NCBI RefSeq assembly: GCF_000025925.1
Contig: NC_014033.1
Coordinates: forward strand, 1,980,001 to 2,012,000
From: Xylanibacter ruminicola 23
GTDB lineage: Bacteria; Bacteroidota; Bacteroidia; Bacteroidales; Bacteroidaceae
Direction of reading: 5' to 3'
Length of the DNA: 32,000 nt
Below are positions 18,478 to 26,426 of this stretch, piece after piece. How positions within the stretch are numbered: position 1 is the first letter of the stretch; each line of letters begins with the position of its first letter. A model generated the notes under the pieces. That model saw nothing but the letters and a program-made list of their open reading frames with translations. It made no database searches and had not been told where the DNA came from. Made by a program: the position numbers and the translations under genes.

Positions 18478-19287
18478 ATGACAAACCAACTCAAATACAC
18501 GCTCATTTTCGTTATTCTCGCCGTTTTTACGGGTTGTAGAAACGATGACGAAGGCAAACTGACTTTCGAGATGCTCGAGTCGGAAAAAACCATACGTCTA
18601 TCAAACGAAGAGCTATCGCCAGTGTGCAATGTAAGTTTAAAACTGCCCTGCGCCACCAAAGAGAGTGGCGAGGTGGGAAAGAATATTAACGAGGCTGTGG
18701 TGTATCGCCTCTTTAACCAGGCCGATATGGGCATGCAAGGTGCCATGGACCAGTTTGCCGAGGCTTACACCATGAGTTATAAAACCAACATGCTGCCTCT
18801 CTACAATGCCGATCGTGCCGATACCACCAAACGCTCGTGGTACGAGTTCCATTACATTATCAATGCCACTACCGAGCAAACCTCGAAGCGCACTTTGGCC
18901 TATCTGGCCACCATCGACTATAGCGAGGGCCATGCCAACAGCATCCATCAGCTTATCCCGCTTAATTTCAAAGTCGAGACAGGAAAAGAAATCAGGATGA
19001 AGGATATTTTTGTGGATGGCTACGAAACCCAGTTGCCACCCGTATTGCTGAAGGCACTCATGGAGAAAACTGAGAGCCAGAACCTTGACCAACTGAAGGA
19101 GAAAGGTTATCTGGACCAGGTAGAAATGTACGTACCTGAGAACTTTATTGTGAGCGATAATACCATCACTTTTATTTTCAATCCCTCCGAGATTGCCTCG
19201 TTGGAGTTAGGCACTATCGAGTTGGTGCTTACCTATGCCCAGCTTAAGAAATTTGTAAAACCCGCATTTATCAAATCAGTACAATGA
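18478..19287 (+). CDS. Lipoprotein, DUF4163/DUF3298 (RsiV/PdaC-like) family
   Basis: Lipobox LAVFTGC follows MTNQLKYTLIFVI. A DUF3298-like core is present (DYSEGHANSIHQLIPLNFKVETGKEIRMKDIF). I chose the ATG at 18478 because 18454 lies inside the predicted -7 box. Confidence 0.7.
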   Translation: MTNQLKYTLIFVILAVFTGCRNDDEGKLTFEMLESEKTIRLSNEELSPVCNVSLKLPCATKESGEVGKNINEAVVYRLFNQADMGMQGAMDQFAEAYTMSYKTNMLPLYNADRADTTKRSWYEFHYIINATTEQTSKRTLAYLATIDYSEGHANSIHQLIPLNFKVETGKEIRMKDIFVDGYETQLPPVLLKALMEKTESQNLDQLKEKGYLDQVEMYVPENFIVSDNTITFIFNPSEIASLELGTIELVLTYAQLKKFVKPAFIKSVQ

Positions 19288-19910
19288 CAGCAGAGATTAT
19301 TCAGAAATATTTTCCAGAGCTGAGCGACGAGCAGCGCCAGCAGTTCGACGCCCTCGATGCCCTTTATCGTGATTGGAACACCAAGATTAATGTTATTTCG
19401 CGTAAGGATATCGACCAGCTTTACGAGCACCACGTGCTCCACTCACTGGCCATCGCTAAGATGATTAACTTCCGTCCAGGCACACGCATCCTGGATTTTG
19501 GTACAGGTGGCGGCTTTCCTGGTGTACCCCTGAGCATTCTGTTTCCAGAGTGCCAGTTTAAGCTGATTGATGGCACAGGCAAGAAGATTCGTGTGGCCCA
19601 GGAGGTGTGCAATGCCATTGGCTTGAAGAACTGCCAGCCCACCCATCTGCGTGGCGAGGATGAGAAGGATAAGTACGACTTTATTGTGAGCCGTGCCGTG
19701 ATGCCCCTCCCCGACCTGGTAAAACTGATGCGTAAGAACATCTCGAAGCAGCAGCAGAATGCCCTGCCCAATGGCGTTATCTGCTTGAAGGGTGGCGATT
19801 TGCAGGCCGAGTTGCAGCCCTATCATAAGATTGTAGAAGCCACAGAGATTTCGCAGTTCTTCAGCGAAGAGTGGTTTAAGGAAAAGTACGTTATCTATCT
19901 GCCACTATAA
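19284..19910 (+). CDS. rsmG: 16S rRNA (guanine527-N7)-methyltransferase
   Basis: GidB/RsmG-like sequence with the SAM motif ILDFGTGGGFPGVPLSI. The start overlaps the upstream stop (ATGA). Confidence 0.88.
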   Translation: MTAEIIQKYFPELSDEQRQQFDALDALYRDWNTKINVISRKDIDQLYEHHVLHSLAIAKMINFRPGTRILDFGTGGGFPGVPLSILFPECQFKLIDGTGKKIRVAQEVCNAIGLKNCQPTHLRGEDEKDKYDFIVSRAVMPLPDLVKLMRKNISKQQQNALPNGVICLKGGDLQAELQPYHKIVEATEISQFFSEEWFKEKYVIYLPL

Positions 19911-20557
19911 TGCTACACGTAAAAACCTTCAGTTTTAATCTCCTGCAGGAGAACACCTACGTGGTTTACGACGACACCAACGAGTGTGTGATTATAGACT
20001 GTGGCGCCTATTATCAGGAGGAGCGCGATGCGTTGGTAAACTTTATCAACGAGCATCAGCTAAAGCCCGTACATTTGCTATGTACCCATGGCCATTTCGA
20101 CCATAACTTTGGAATCAACACCGTGTTTGACACGTGGGGATTGAAGCCCGAGATTTCGGCCGACGATGAGTGGCTGATAACAGATATCCCTGGACAGTTC
20201 CAGGCGATGGCAGGCATCAAGCTCAACCTGTCATTCCCTGAGCCAGGCCATTACTTTGCCAACGACGAGGTCATCCGTTTTGGCACCCACCAGTTTAAGT
20301 TGCTGCGTACCCCAGGCCATACACCAGGTGGTGTTAGCTTCTGGTGCGAAGAAGAGAAGGTGGTGTTTACAGGCGATACCTTGTTCCGTATGAGCATAGG
20401 CCGCACCGATTTCGAACGTGGCAGCTATACCGATATCATGCATAGTCTACAGCACGTACTTGCAGCGCTACCTGCCGACACCAAGGTTTATACAGGCCAC
20501 GGCCCACAATCAACTATAGGCGACGAACAGCAATACAATCCTTATATGAACGCATAA
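19910..20557 (+). CDS. MBL-fold metallo-hydrolase (glyoxalase II-like)
   Basis: HxHxDH motif (THGHFDH), plus downstream PGHTPGG and GDTLF motifs. The start overlaps the rsmG stop (TAATG). Confidence 0.85.
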   Translation: MLHVKTFSFNLLQENTYVVYDDTNECVIIDCGAYYQEERDALVNFINEHQLKPVHLLCTHGHFDHNFGINTVFDTWGLKPEISADDEWLITDIPGQFQAMAGIKLNLSFPEPGHYFANDEVIRFGTHQFKLLRTPGHTPGGVSFWCEEEKVVFTGDTLFRMSIGRTDFERGSYTDIMHSLQHVLAALPADTKVYTGHGPQSTIGDEQQYNPYMNA

Positions 20558-20590
20558 AAAAAAGAGTTGGTGTTTAAACCAACTCTTTTG
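20556..20590. terminator. Bidirectional intrinsic terminator between the convergent MBL hydrolase and SulP genes
   Basis: An 11-bp stem pairs AAAAGAGTTGG (20560-20570) with CCAACTCTTTT (20579-20589) around an 8-nt loop. The A run at 20556-20563 gives a U tract on the - strand, and TTTT lies at the 3' end on the + strand. The SulP stop codon (20574-20576) sits in the loop. Confidence 0.7.
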
Positions 20591-22274
20591 CTCTTTCTAA
20601 TGCTATATTGATGTGCGAGCAAATGTTTTCCTCGCCTAACATCTTATCAAATCCGGCCTTATGGAGTACAGCCTGCACTGTTGGGTTCACACCCGAGAGT
20701 ACTACCTGTATGCCATCATTCTGACTCATGGTACACAGGTTAGTAAGGTTGTGGATACCAGTAGAATCAACGAAAGGCACCTTACGCATACGAATAATGC
20801 GCACCTTGGGTCGCTGACCACGCAAGCTGGCCATAATCTCCTCGAACTTATTACCTGCTCCAAAGAAGTAAGGACCGTTAATCTCGTACACTTCTACACC
20901 CTCAGGGATAGTCAGGTGCTCCAGGTTACCCATCTGGAAGTCGCTCTGCTCCTCCTCTGGGTCGATCTCATCGCTGATAACCTTCACATCGGTAGTCTCT
21001 GCCATACGACGCATGAACAGCAAGCAAGCGCAGATCAGACCAACCTCGATAGCGATAGTCAGGTCGAAGATAACGGTAAGCAGGAAGGTTACACTCAGCA
21101 CAATCACGTCGCTCTTTGGGTTCTTCATGATCGAAGCGAACGAGCGCCAGCCACTCATGTTATAGCTCACGATAACCAGCACACCAGCCAGACAGGCCAT
21201 AGGGATATACTGTGCCAGTGGCATGAGGAACAGGAAGATGAGCAGCAGCACGGCTGCATGTACGATACCAGCCACAGGTGTACGTCCACCATTATTAATA
21301 TTGGTCATGGTACGTGCAATAGCACCTGTAGCGGGGATACCGCCAAATATAGGACTGGCCAGGTTAGCCACACCCTGTGCAATCAATTCGGTATTAGAGT
21401 CGTGGCGATCGCCAATCACACCGTCAGCCACAGTGGCTGAAAGCAAAGATTCTATGGCACCCAAAATGGCGATGGTGATAGCTGGCGATACCAGACCCTT
21501 AATCACATCCCACGACAAAGCGGGCATTTCAGCATCAGGCAACTGGTTCGAAATACTGAATCTGTCGCCAATGGTTTCTATACTCATTACGCCAGCATAC
21601 TGCTTCAACAGCAGAGCGGCTACAGTCATGACGATAATTGCAATCAGCGATCCTGGCAGCTTCTTCAGCAGATTGTTGTACTTAGCAACCATAGGCCATG
21701 TGGCAATTACAGCTACCGAGCCGATGCCCACAGCAGTGCTCCACCAGTCGATGGTACCAAAGTCGCCGATGTAAGCGCCCCACTTCTCGATAAAATCGCT
21801 GGGTACGCTCTCCATGGTTAAACCAAACAAGTCCTTAATCTGTGTGGTAAAGATGGTGAGCGCGATACCGCTGGTAAAACCTACCACAATGGGGTAAGGT
21901 ATGTATTTGATGATGGTTCCCAGATGCAGCACACCAAACAGAATCAGGAACACACCAGCCATCAGTGTGGCGATGGTCAATCCCTCGAAACCGTACTGCT
22001 GAATAATACCATAGATAATAATGATAAACGCACCAGTAGGTCCACCAATCTGTACTTTCGAACCACCCAGCAACGAGATAATCAGTCCGGCTACGATGGC
22101 GGTGATGATACCCTTCTCAGGGGTTACACCTGATGCAATACCAAAAGCGATGGCCAGAGGCAGTGCTACGATACCTACGATGATACCGGCCAGCAGGTCG
22201 GTGGTAAACTGTTGTTTGTTGTAGTGCCGAAGTGTCGACAAAAGTTTCGGCTTGAATGCAAATGTTGTCATCAT
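20574..22274 (-). CDS. SulP-family anion transporter with a C-terminal STAS domain
   Basis: 566 aa with a SulP-typical N-terminus (LLAGIIVGIVALPLAIAFGIASGV) and a C-terminal STAS-like domain (YEINGPYFFGA..VPFVDSTGIHNL). Confidence 0.9.
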   Translation of the reverse strand: MMTTFAFKPKLLSTLRHYNKQQFTTDLLAGIIVGIVALPLAIAFGIASGVTPEKGIITAIVAGLIISLLGGSKVQIGGPTGAFIIIIYGIIQQYGFEGLTIATLMAGVFLILFGVLHLGTIIKYIPYPIVVGFTSGIALTIFTTQIKDLFGLTMESVPSDFIEKWGAYIGDFGTIDWWSTAVGIGSVAVIATWPMVAKYNNLLKKLPGSLIAIIVMTVAALLLKQYAGVMSIETIGDRFSISNQLPDAEMPALSWDVIKGLVSPAITIAILGAIESLLSATVADGVIGDRHDSNTELIAQGVANLASPIFGGIPATGAIARTMTNINNGGRTPVAGIVHAAVLLLIFLFLMPLAQYIPMACLAGVLVIVSYNMSGWRSFASIMKNPKSDVIVLSVTFLLTVIFDLTIAIEVGLICACLLFMRRMAETTDVKVISDEIDPEEEQSDFQMGNLEHLTIPEGVEVYEINGPYFFGAGNKFEEIMASLRGQRPKVRIIRMRKVPFVDSTGIHNLTNLCTMSQNDGIQVVLSGVNPTVQAVLHKAGFDKMLGEENICSHINIALERAKELV

Positions 22275-22322
22275 CTTCTATTAATCTCTATTAATTCCTT
22301 TGTTATCTTGAAAAAACGCGTG

Positions 22323-22330
22323 CAAAAGTA
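22323..22330 (-). promoter_or_regulatory. Candidate -7 box (TACTTTTG on the minus strand) for the SulP gene
   Basis: The + strand CAAAAGTA reads TACTTTTG on the - strand, about 48 nt upstream of the ATG. At the expected -33 spacing there is only a partial TTG match. Confidence 0.4.
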
Positions 22331-22355
22331 TAAAAAAAACAAATTTTATACAACT

Positions 22356-22390
22356 TTTGCGCTAACGTATTCTAAAATACTTTATTTTTG
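22356..22390 (+). promoter_or_regulatory. Candidate promoter for the Ala/Lys-rich lipoprotein gene
   Basis: TTTG at 22356-22359 and TATTTTTG at 22383-22390. The 23-nt spacer is slightly long. There are 51 nt to the ATG at 22442. Confidence 0.45.
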
Positions 22391-22441
22391 TTGCCGAAAA
22401 TCAAGTCAAATTAATTGTTTTACTTAAAAATTCAAAGCATT

Positions 22442-23062
22442 ATGAAAAAAGTACTTATCGCAGTTGTGGCCTGCATGGCCATGGGTTTCGCATCTTGTGG
22501 AAACAAAACTCAGGCTCCTATTGAGGTTACCGACAGTACTACCGTTGAACAAGCCGACGAGGTAGCCGCACTCACCATCACCGCCCTCACAGAGCAGATT
22601 GAGGCCAAGGATGCCAACAAGCTCCAGGAGACACTGGCCTCTGTACAGGAACAGGTAAAAGAGTTCGTTACCAAGAATCCTGAGCTCGCCAAGAAGTATG
22701 TAACCAAGGTTCAGGAGTTCCTGAAGGCCAATGCCGAGCAGATCAAGGCTTTTGCTGGCGACAATGCCGCTGTAGCTGCTGCTGTTGAAACACTCACTGT
22801 TACACCTGCCGAGACATTCGTTAATGGTCTTACCAGTGCTGTAGGTGGTGTTCAGGAGGCTGGTCAAGCAGCTGTAGATCAGACAGTTGATGCTGCCAAT
22901 GCTGCAGTTGAGGGTGCCAAGAAGGCTGGTCAGGATGCTGTTGACAACACCAAGAAGGCCGCTGAGGATGCCGCTAACGCAGCTAAGGAAGATGCCAAGA
23001 AGAAGGCTAACGATGCCATCGACGAAGGCGCCAATAAGCTGAAGAAGGGTCTGGGACTTTAA
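22442..23062 (+). CDS. Lipoprotein with an Ala/Lys/Asp-rich helical region and 11-residue repeats; unknown function
   Basis: Lipobox MKKVLIAVVACMAMGFASC. The C-terminal 66 aa parse into six 11-mers (see findings). I chose the ATG at 22442, since the upstream in-frame residues MFYLKIQSI lie in AT-rich leader sequence. Confidence 0.65.
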   Translation: MKKVLIAVVACMAMGFASCGNKTQAPIEVTDSTTVEQADEVAALTITALTEQIEAKDANKLQETLASVQEQVKEFVTKNPELAKKYVTKVQEFLKANAEQIKAFAGDNAAVAAAVETLTVTPAETFVNGLTSAVGGVQEAGQAAVDQTVDAANAAVEGAKKAGQDAVDNTKKAAEDAANAAKEDAKKKANDAIDEGANKLKKGLGL

Positions 23063-23074
23063 TCCCAAACACAC

Positions 23075-23824
23075 TTACTTCAATGTTAACTCTACTGGGC
23101 AGTGATCGCTGCCCAGTATTTGTGTATGTATCCGGGCATCGTCCATGCGCTCACGCAATCGGTCGCTAATCACAAAATAGTCGATACGCCAGCCAGCGTT
23201 CTTCTGGCGTGCCTGGAAACGATAGCTCCACCACGAGTAGGTTACCTGCTCAGGATACTTATAGCGGAACGAATCGGTAAAACCACTGGCCAACAGGGTT
23301 GAGAACTGCTCGCGCTCCTGATCGGTAAAGCCGGCATTCATACGGTTGGTCTTGGGGTTCTTCAGGTCAATCTCCTGGTGTGCCACATTCAGGTCACCAC
23401 ACAGTATCACAGGTTTCTTGGCATCGAGGCCCTTCAGATAGGCACGAAAGTCGTTCTCCCATGTCATACGATAGTCAAGGCGCTTCAACCCATCCTGCGA
23501 GTTTGGTGTGTAGCAGGTTACCAGGTAAAAATCCTCCATCTCCAAAGTAATCACACGGCCCTCGTGGTCGTGCTCATCAATCCCTATGCCATAGGTCACG
23601 CTCAATGGGTGGTGCTTGGTAAAGATAGCCGTACCACTGTAGCCTTTCTTTTCGGCATAATTCCAATAGCTCTCATAGCCCTCAAAGGCCAAGTCGAGCT
23701 GACCAGCCTGCATTTTTGTTTCCTGCAGACAGAAGAAGTCAGCATCCAACTCACGGAAAGTGTCGCTAAACCCCTTTCCTTCACACGCCCTCAGGCCGTT
23801 CACATTCCAACTTATCAGTTTCAT
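23075..23824 (-). CDS. xth: Exodeoxyribonuclease III
   Basis: Canonical ExoIII sequence: [36 protein letters not shown]. Confidence 0.93.
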   Translation of the reverse strand: MKLISWNVNGLRACEGKGFSDTFRELDADFFCLQETKMQAGQLDLAFEGYESYWNYAEKKGYSGTAIFTKHHPLSVTYGIGIDEHDHEGRVITLEMEDFYLVTCYTPNSQDGLKRLDYRMTWENDFRAYLKGLDAKKPVILCGDLNVAHQEIDLKNPKTNRMNAGFTDQEREQFSTLLASGFTDSFRYKYPEQVTYSWWSYRFQARQKNAGWRIDYFVISDRLRERMDDARIHTQILGSDHCPVELTLK

Positions 23825-24887
23825 ATCTATTCTTAAAATCTTTTTTCATATAAACATACGCCACGGCTACCAGGACAAACATGCCCACCAGCACATAGGC
23901 CATCAGCTTGAGCACGTACATAAGGCCCAGCATATCAATCTGTCGGCAGGGCACCACCGTTACCATGGTCCAGTCGGTGTACTTCAGCGGTGTATAGAAG
24001 AAGTAGCTCTCCTCGCCATTAAACAGATAGCGCTCCTGTGTTTCGTCGCTACTCTGCTCTCCTGCCTTCATCTTGCGTTCCAGCAGGGTTTTCTTACCAC
24101 TCTTGCTACCCCTTACGTGGTGGAAGAACTGGCCCTCCAATAGCTTTTCTGCCTTGGGGTGCGTGATAAACTTACCATCGTAGTTGATGATGAAACTCTG
24201 CGATTTCAGTCCCATCACCTTGGCAGCAAAATTGTTCTGGGCATTATAGGTGCTGTCTGTCTCGTCCAGCTTCCCTGTCAGCCATTCCAGTGAAATATCG
24301 GCTCCTAATACAGCCACAGGCTTGCCCTCAGCATCGTGTATGGGCACCATATAGGCCACCAGAGTGGTTGATTTGTCGTAGCCATCGTAGAAGGGATCAC
24401 TCCACTCGCAGGTATCGCCCTCAATCACACTTCTGAACCAACGGTCGTTCAGGTAGTCAAAATCCTGATCGCCCTTCAAATCCGTCAGTATCTCATCGCG
24501 ATTCTTGGGGTTACGCCAGGCAAAGGGACAGTATTTCTCACCCTTCTCCGGATAGTAGTTCTTGATAAAGTTCATGCCACAACTATGCACACGATTACCA
24601 TTACGCACAATACGTGTCATAGCGTCGATTTGGGTCTCAGGTTTGTCGAGCGATTGCTCAATGTAATACACATGGTTCGAAACCTGTACATACACATCCG
24701 ACAGCACGCGGCGCGTGTACTCATAGTTAATGAGCATACGCATATGAAAGTTCTCTGCATACTGTTTGGTAATACCGTTCAGCGTGTAGTGATAAGAAAC
24801 AAACCCCACGCACACAGTAATTACCAAGCCACACAACAAGAGTCGGACAGCAATTTTTGCAGGTAACGATTTAATTCTTCCTTTCAT
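23781..24887 (-). CDS. Cache-domain membrane protein (TM, periplasmic Cache, TM, short tail) with no output domain
   Basis: N-terminal TM segment ([19 protein letters not shown]). Cache-like motifs are present ([28 protein letters not shown] and [18 protein letters not shown]). A second TM ([20 protein letters not shown]) is followed by only 21 aa. Confidence 0.75.
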   Translation of the reverse strand: MKGRIKSLPAKIAVRLLLCGLVITVCVGFVSYHYTLNGITKQYAENFHMRMLINYEYTRRVLSDVYVQVSNHVYYIEQSLDKPETQIDAMTRIVRNGNRVHSCGMNFIKNYYPEKGEKYCPFAWRNPKNRDEILTDLKGDQDFDYLNDRWFRSVIEGDTCEWSDPFYDGYDKSTTLVAYMVPIHDAEGKPVAVLGADISLEWLTGKLDETDSTYNAQNNFAAKVMGLKSQSFIINYDGKFITHPKAEKLLEGQFFHHVRGSKSGKKTLLERKMKAGEQSSDETQERYLFNGEESYFFYTPLKYTDWTMVTVVPCRQIDMLGLMYVLKLMAYVLVGMFVLVAVAYVYMKKDFKNRYETDKLECERPEGV

Positions 24888-24920
24888 AAGCCCAAACTTT
24901 TTTTGATTCTCTTTGAGTGC

Positions 24921-24954
24921 AAGAGAGCTCGCTATAGGGTTAGCAAGCTCTCTT
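24921..24954. other. 12-bp-stem hairpin between the GH57 and Cache genes, with no U tract
   Basis: AAGAGAGCTCGC (24921-24932) pairs with GCAAGCTCTCTT (24943-24954) with one G-U pair around a 10-nt loop. On the transcribed (-) strand it is followed by GCACTCAAAGAG rather than a U run. Confidence 0.6.
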
Positions 24955-24974
24955 AATGGTATAGCAAAGCCGAT

Positions 24975-26387
24975 TTATGCTTCGGCCTTTGTCTCTGCTT
25001 TCTTGGCTGCTGGCTTTTTAGCAGCAGGCTTCTTGGCAGCCTTTGGCTTGGCAGCGGGTTTCTCGGCCTTGGCAGCCTTACCCTTGCAACCCTCCAGCTT
25101 CTCCAGCTTGGCCTTGAGTCGGGTAATCTCCTTATCCTTCATCTCAATCTCATCACCCTGGTTCTTAATGGTGGTGAGCAAGCCCTCCAGCTCGTCGTTA
25201 TCGATATCGAGTGGATAAAGGGCATTTACACGATTGATAAAGTCGCCCAGGATGTTCATATAGTTGGTGAAGGCATCGAATGGTCCGCTGTAGATACCAC
25301 GATCCAGTCCTACGTTCGAAGGCTTGGTGGTCATGAAACGGAAGTTGTTCGAAGCCTGCAGATAATCCCAGTCCTGATTGATGCGGGGATCGTTGGCGAT
25401 ACGCAGACGATCGGCCACACTGTACAGTTTGTTGAAAGCCTCGCGCTGCATAGCGTTACCCAACCAGCAGCTAACGTCGCGCTCCTCGTCGACCCATGAG
25501 AGGGTATCAGGCACATCCAGCTGACTCACGCTCTTACAAGCCTTGCAGATTTCTGTAGGTGTAGAGAAGGTGATACCCTTGGCCTTGGCCTGTGCAGGCA
25601 GAGCCTTCAGGAAGTCGAGGATGTTAGAGCTGAGTGGCTGGGCGATACCCAGAGCCGAGAGCTCCATGAAGATATTTACAATCTGCTCCTCTTCGGGCAG
25701 ACGGGCGATACGATCGATATAGGCATCGGCAAACAGTGGATAGCCATCCCACTCTGAGTTGTTGAATCGCAAAGAAATATCATCGCTCAGTTCGATATCA
25801 CGCAGCAACAGCTTCAGGTTTGGAGCCAGGTTGCAGTGGTAAACATAGTGTGGACTCTTCCATCCCAGCACGTGCTTAGCACCCTCAGTAAGCATACCCT
25901 TGAAGCCCATCGAGGCTACCTGAGCACCGATATCATCGCTATAGATAAGTGACGAGTTACGCAATACGGTAGGCTTCTTGCCAAACAGCTCCTCGATCTT
26001 AGCACACTGCTTCTTTACATCCACAGCAAAGCTATCGGGGTTAGCCAGCGACGACAAACCATGGCTGTAAGGTTCGGCCAGGAACTCTACGCAGCCAGTC
26101 TCGTTCATAGCCTGCAGCTTTTCGAGCACCTGTGGTGCATGCATCTCCAACTGCTCGATACCAGTACCACTCAGTGAGAAAGCCACCTTGAAGTACTTGC
26201 CATGCTCGTTAATCATATCGTGCAGGGCATTGAGTGCGGGCATATAGCTGCGCTCGGCAATGTCGCTGATGCTACGCTCGTTCTCGTAGTCATCATAGTA
26301 ATAATGATCGGTACCGATATCAAAGAAACGGTAACGCTTCAGATGAATAATCTGATGTATCTCGAAATATAAACAAATTGTTTTCAT
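24975..26387 (-). CDS. Glycoside hydrolase family 57 protein (alpha-amylase-like) with a C-terminal coiled coil and a Lys/Ala/Pro-rich tail
   Basis: GH57-type N-terminus (ICLYFEIHQIIHLKRYRFFDIG..), and glycogen-gene context. The tail reads KGKAAKAEKPAAKPKAAKKPAAKKPAAKKAETKAEA. Confidence 0.8.
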   Translation of the reverse strand: MKTICLYFEIHQIIHLKRYRFFDIGTDHYYYDDYENERSISDIAERSYMPALNALHDMINEHGKYFKVAFSLSGTGIEQLEMHAPQVLEKLQAMNETGCVEFLAEPYSHGLSSLANPDSFAVDVKKQCAKIEELFGKKPTVLRNSSLIYSDDIGAQVASMGFKGMLTEGAKHVLGWKSPHYVYHCNLAPNLKLLLRDIELSDDISLRFNNSEWDGYPLFADAYIDRIARLPEEEQIVNIFMELSALGIAQPLSSNILDFLKALPAQAKAKGITFSTPTEICKACKSVSQLDVPDTLSWVDEERDVSCWLGNAMQREAFNKLYSVADRLRIANDPRINQDWDYLQASNNFRFMTTKPSNVGLDRGIYSGPFDAFTNYMNILGDFINRVNALYPLDIDNDELEGLLTTIKNQGDEIEMKDKEITRLKAKLEKLEGCKGKAAKAEKPAAKPKAAKKPAAKKPAAKKAETKAEA

Positions 26388-26391
26388 AACA

Positions 26392-26426
26392 TTTTTAATC
26401 TTTAATGTTTAATCTTTAATGTTTAA
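26392..26426 (-). repeat. Tandem heptamer array TTAAACA/TTAAAGA (5 units, read on the minus strand) filling the glycosyltransferase-to-GH57 spacer
   Basis: The minus strand reads TAA-TTAAACA-TTAAAGA-TTAAACA-TTAAAGA-TTAAAAA-TGTT-ATG. The array therefore runs from the upstream stop (26427-26429) to 4 nt before the GH57 ATG (26385-26387). Confidence 0.9.

Noticed and set aside
20661-21774. Two long + strand ORFs (259 aa and 183 aa) inside the SulP gene region
   Set aside because: Both are antisense to a well-supported SulP/STAS coding frame. The translations are compositionally odd (His/Thr/Gln-rich) and lack any recognisable motif.
22424-23074. 216-aa ORF on the minus strand, almost exactly antisense to the Ala/Lys-rich lipoprotein gene
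   Set aside because: This is a shadow ORF created by the GCN/GAN-rich periodic coding of the + strand gene. Its product is a Leu/Gly/Ser-rich low-complexity string with no signal or motif. The + strand frame has a lipobox and a promoter.
23063-23074. Weak hairpin (TGGGA..TCCCA) spanning the lipoprotein stop in the 12-nt gap before the convergent xth stop
   Set aside because: The stem is only 5 bp and has no flanking U tract on either strand, which is too weak to call a terminator.
24913-25218. 101-aa + strand ORF with FLAAGFLAAG repeats
   Set aside because: It is the reverse-complement reading of the KPAAKK-coding repeats of the GH57 tail, so it is an artefact of the repeat.
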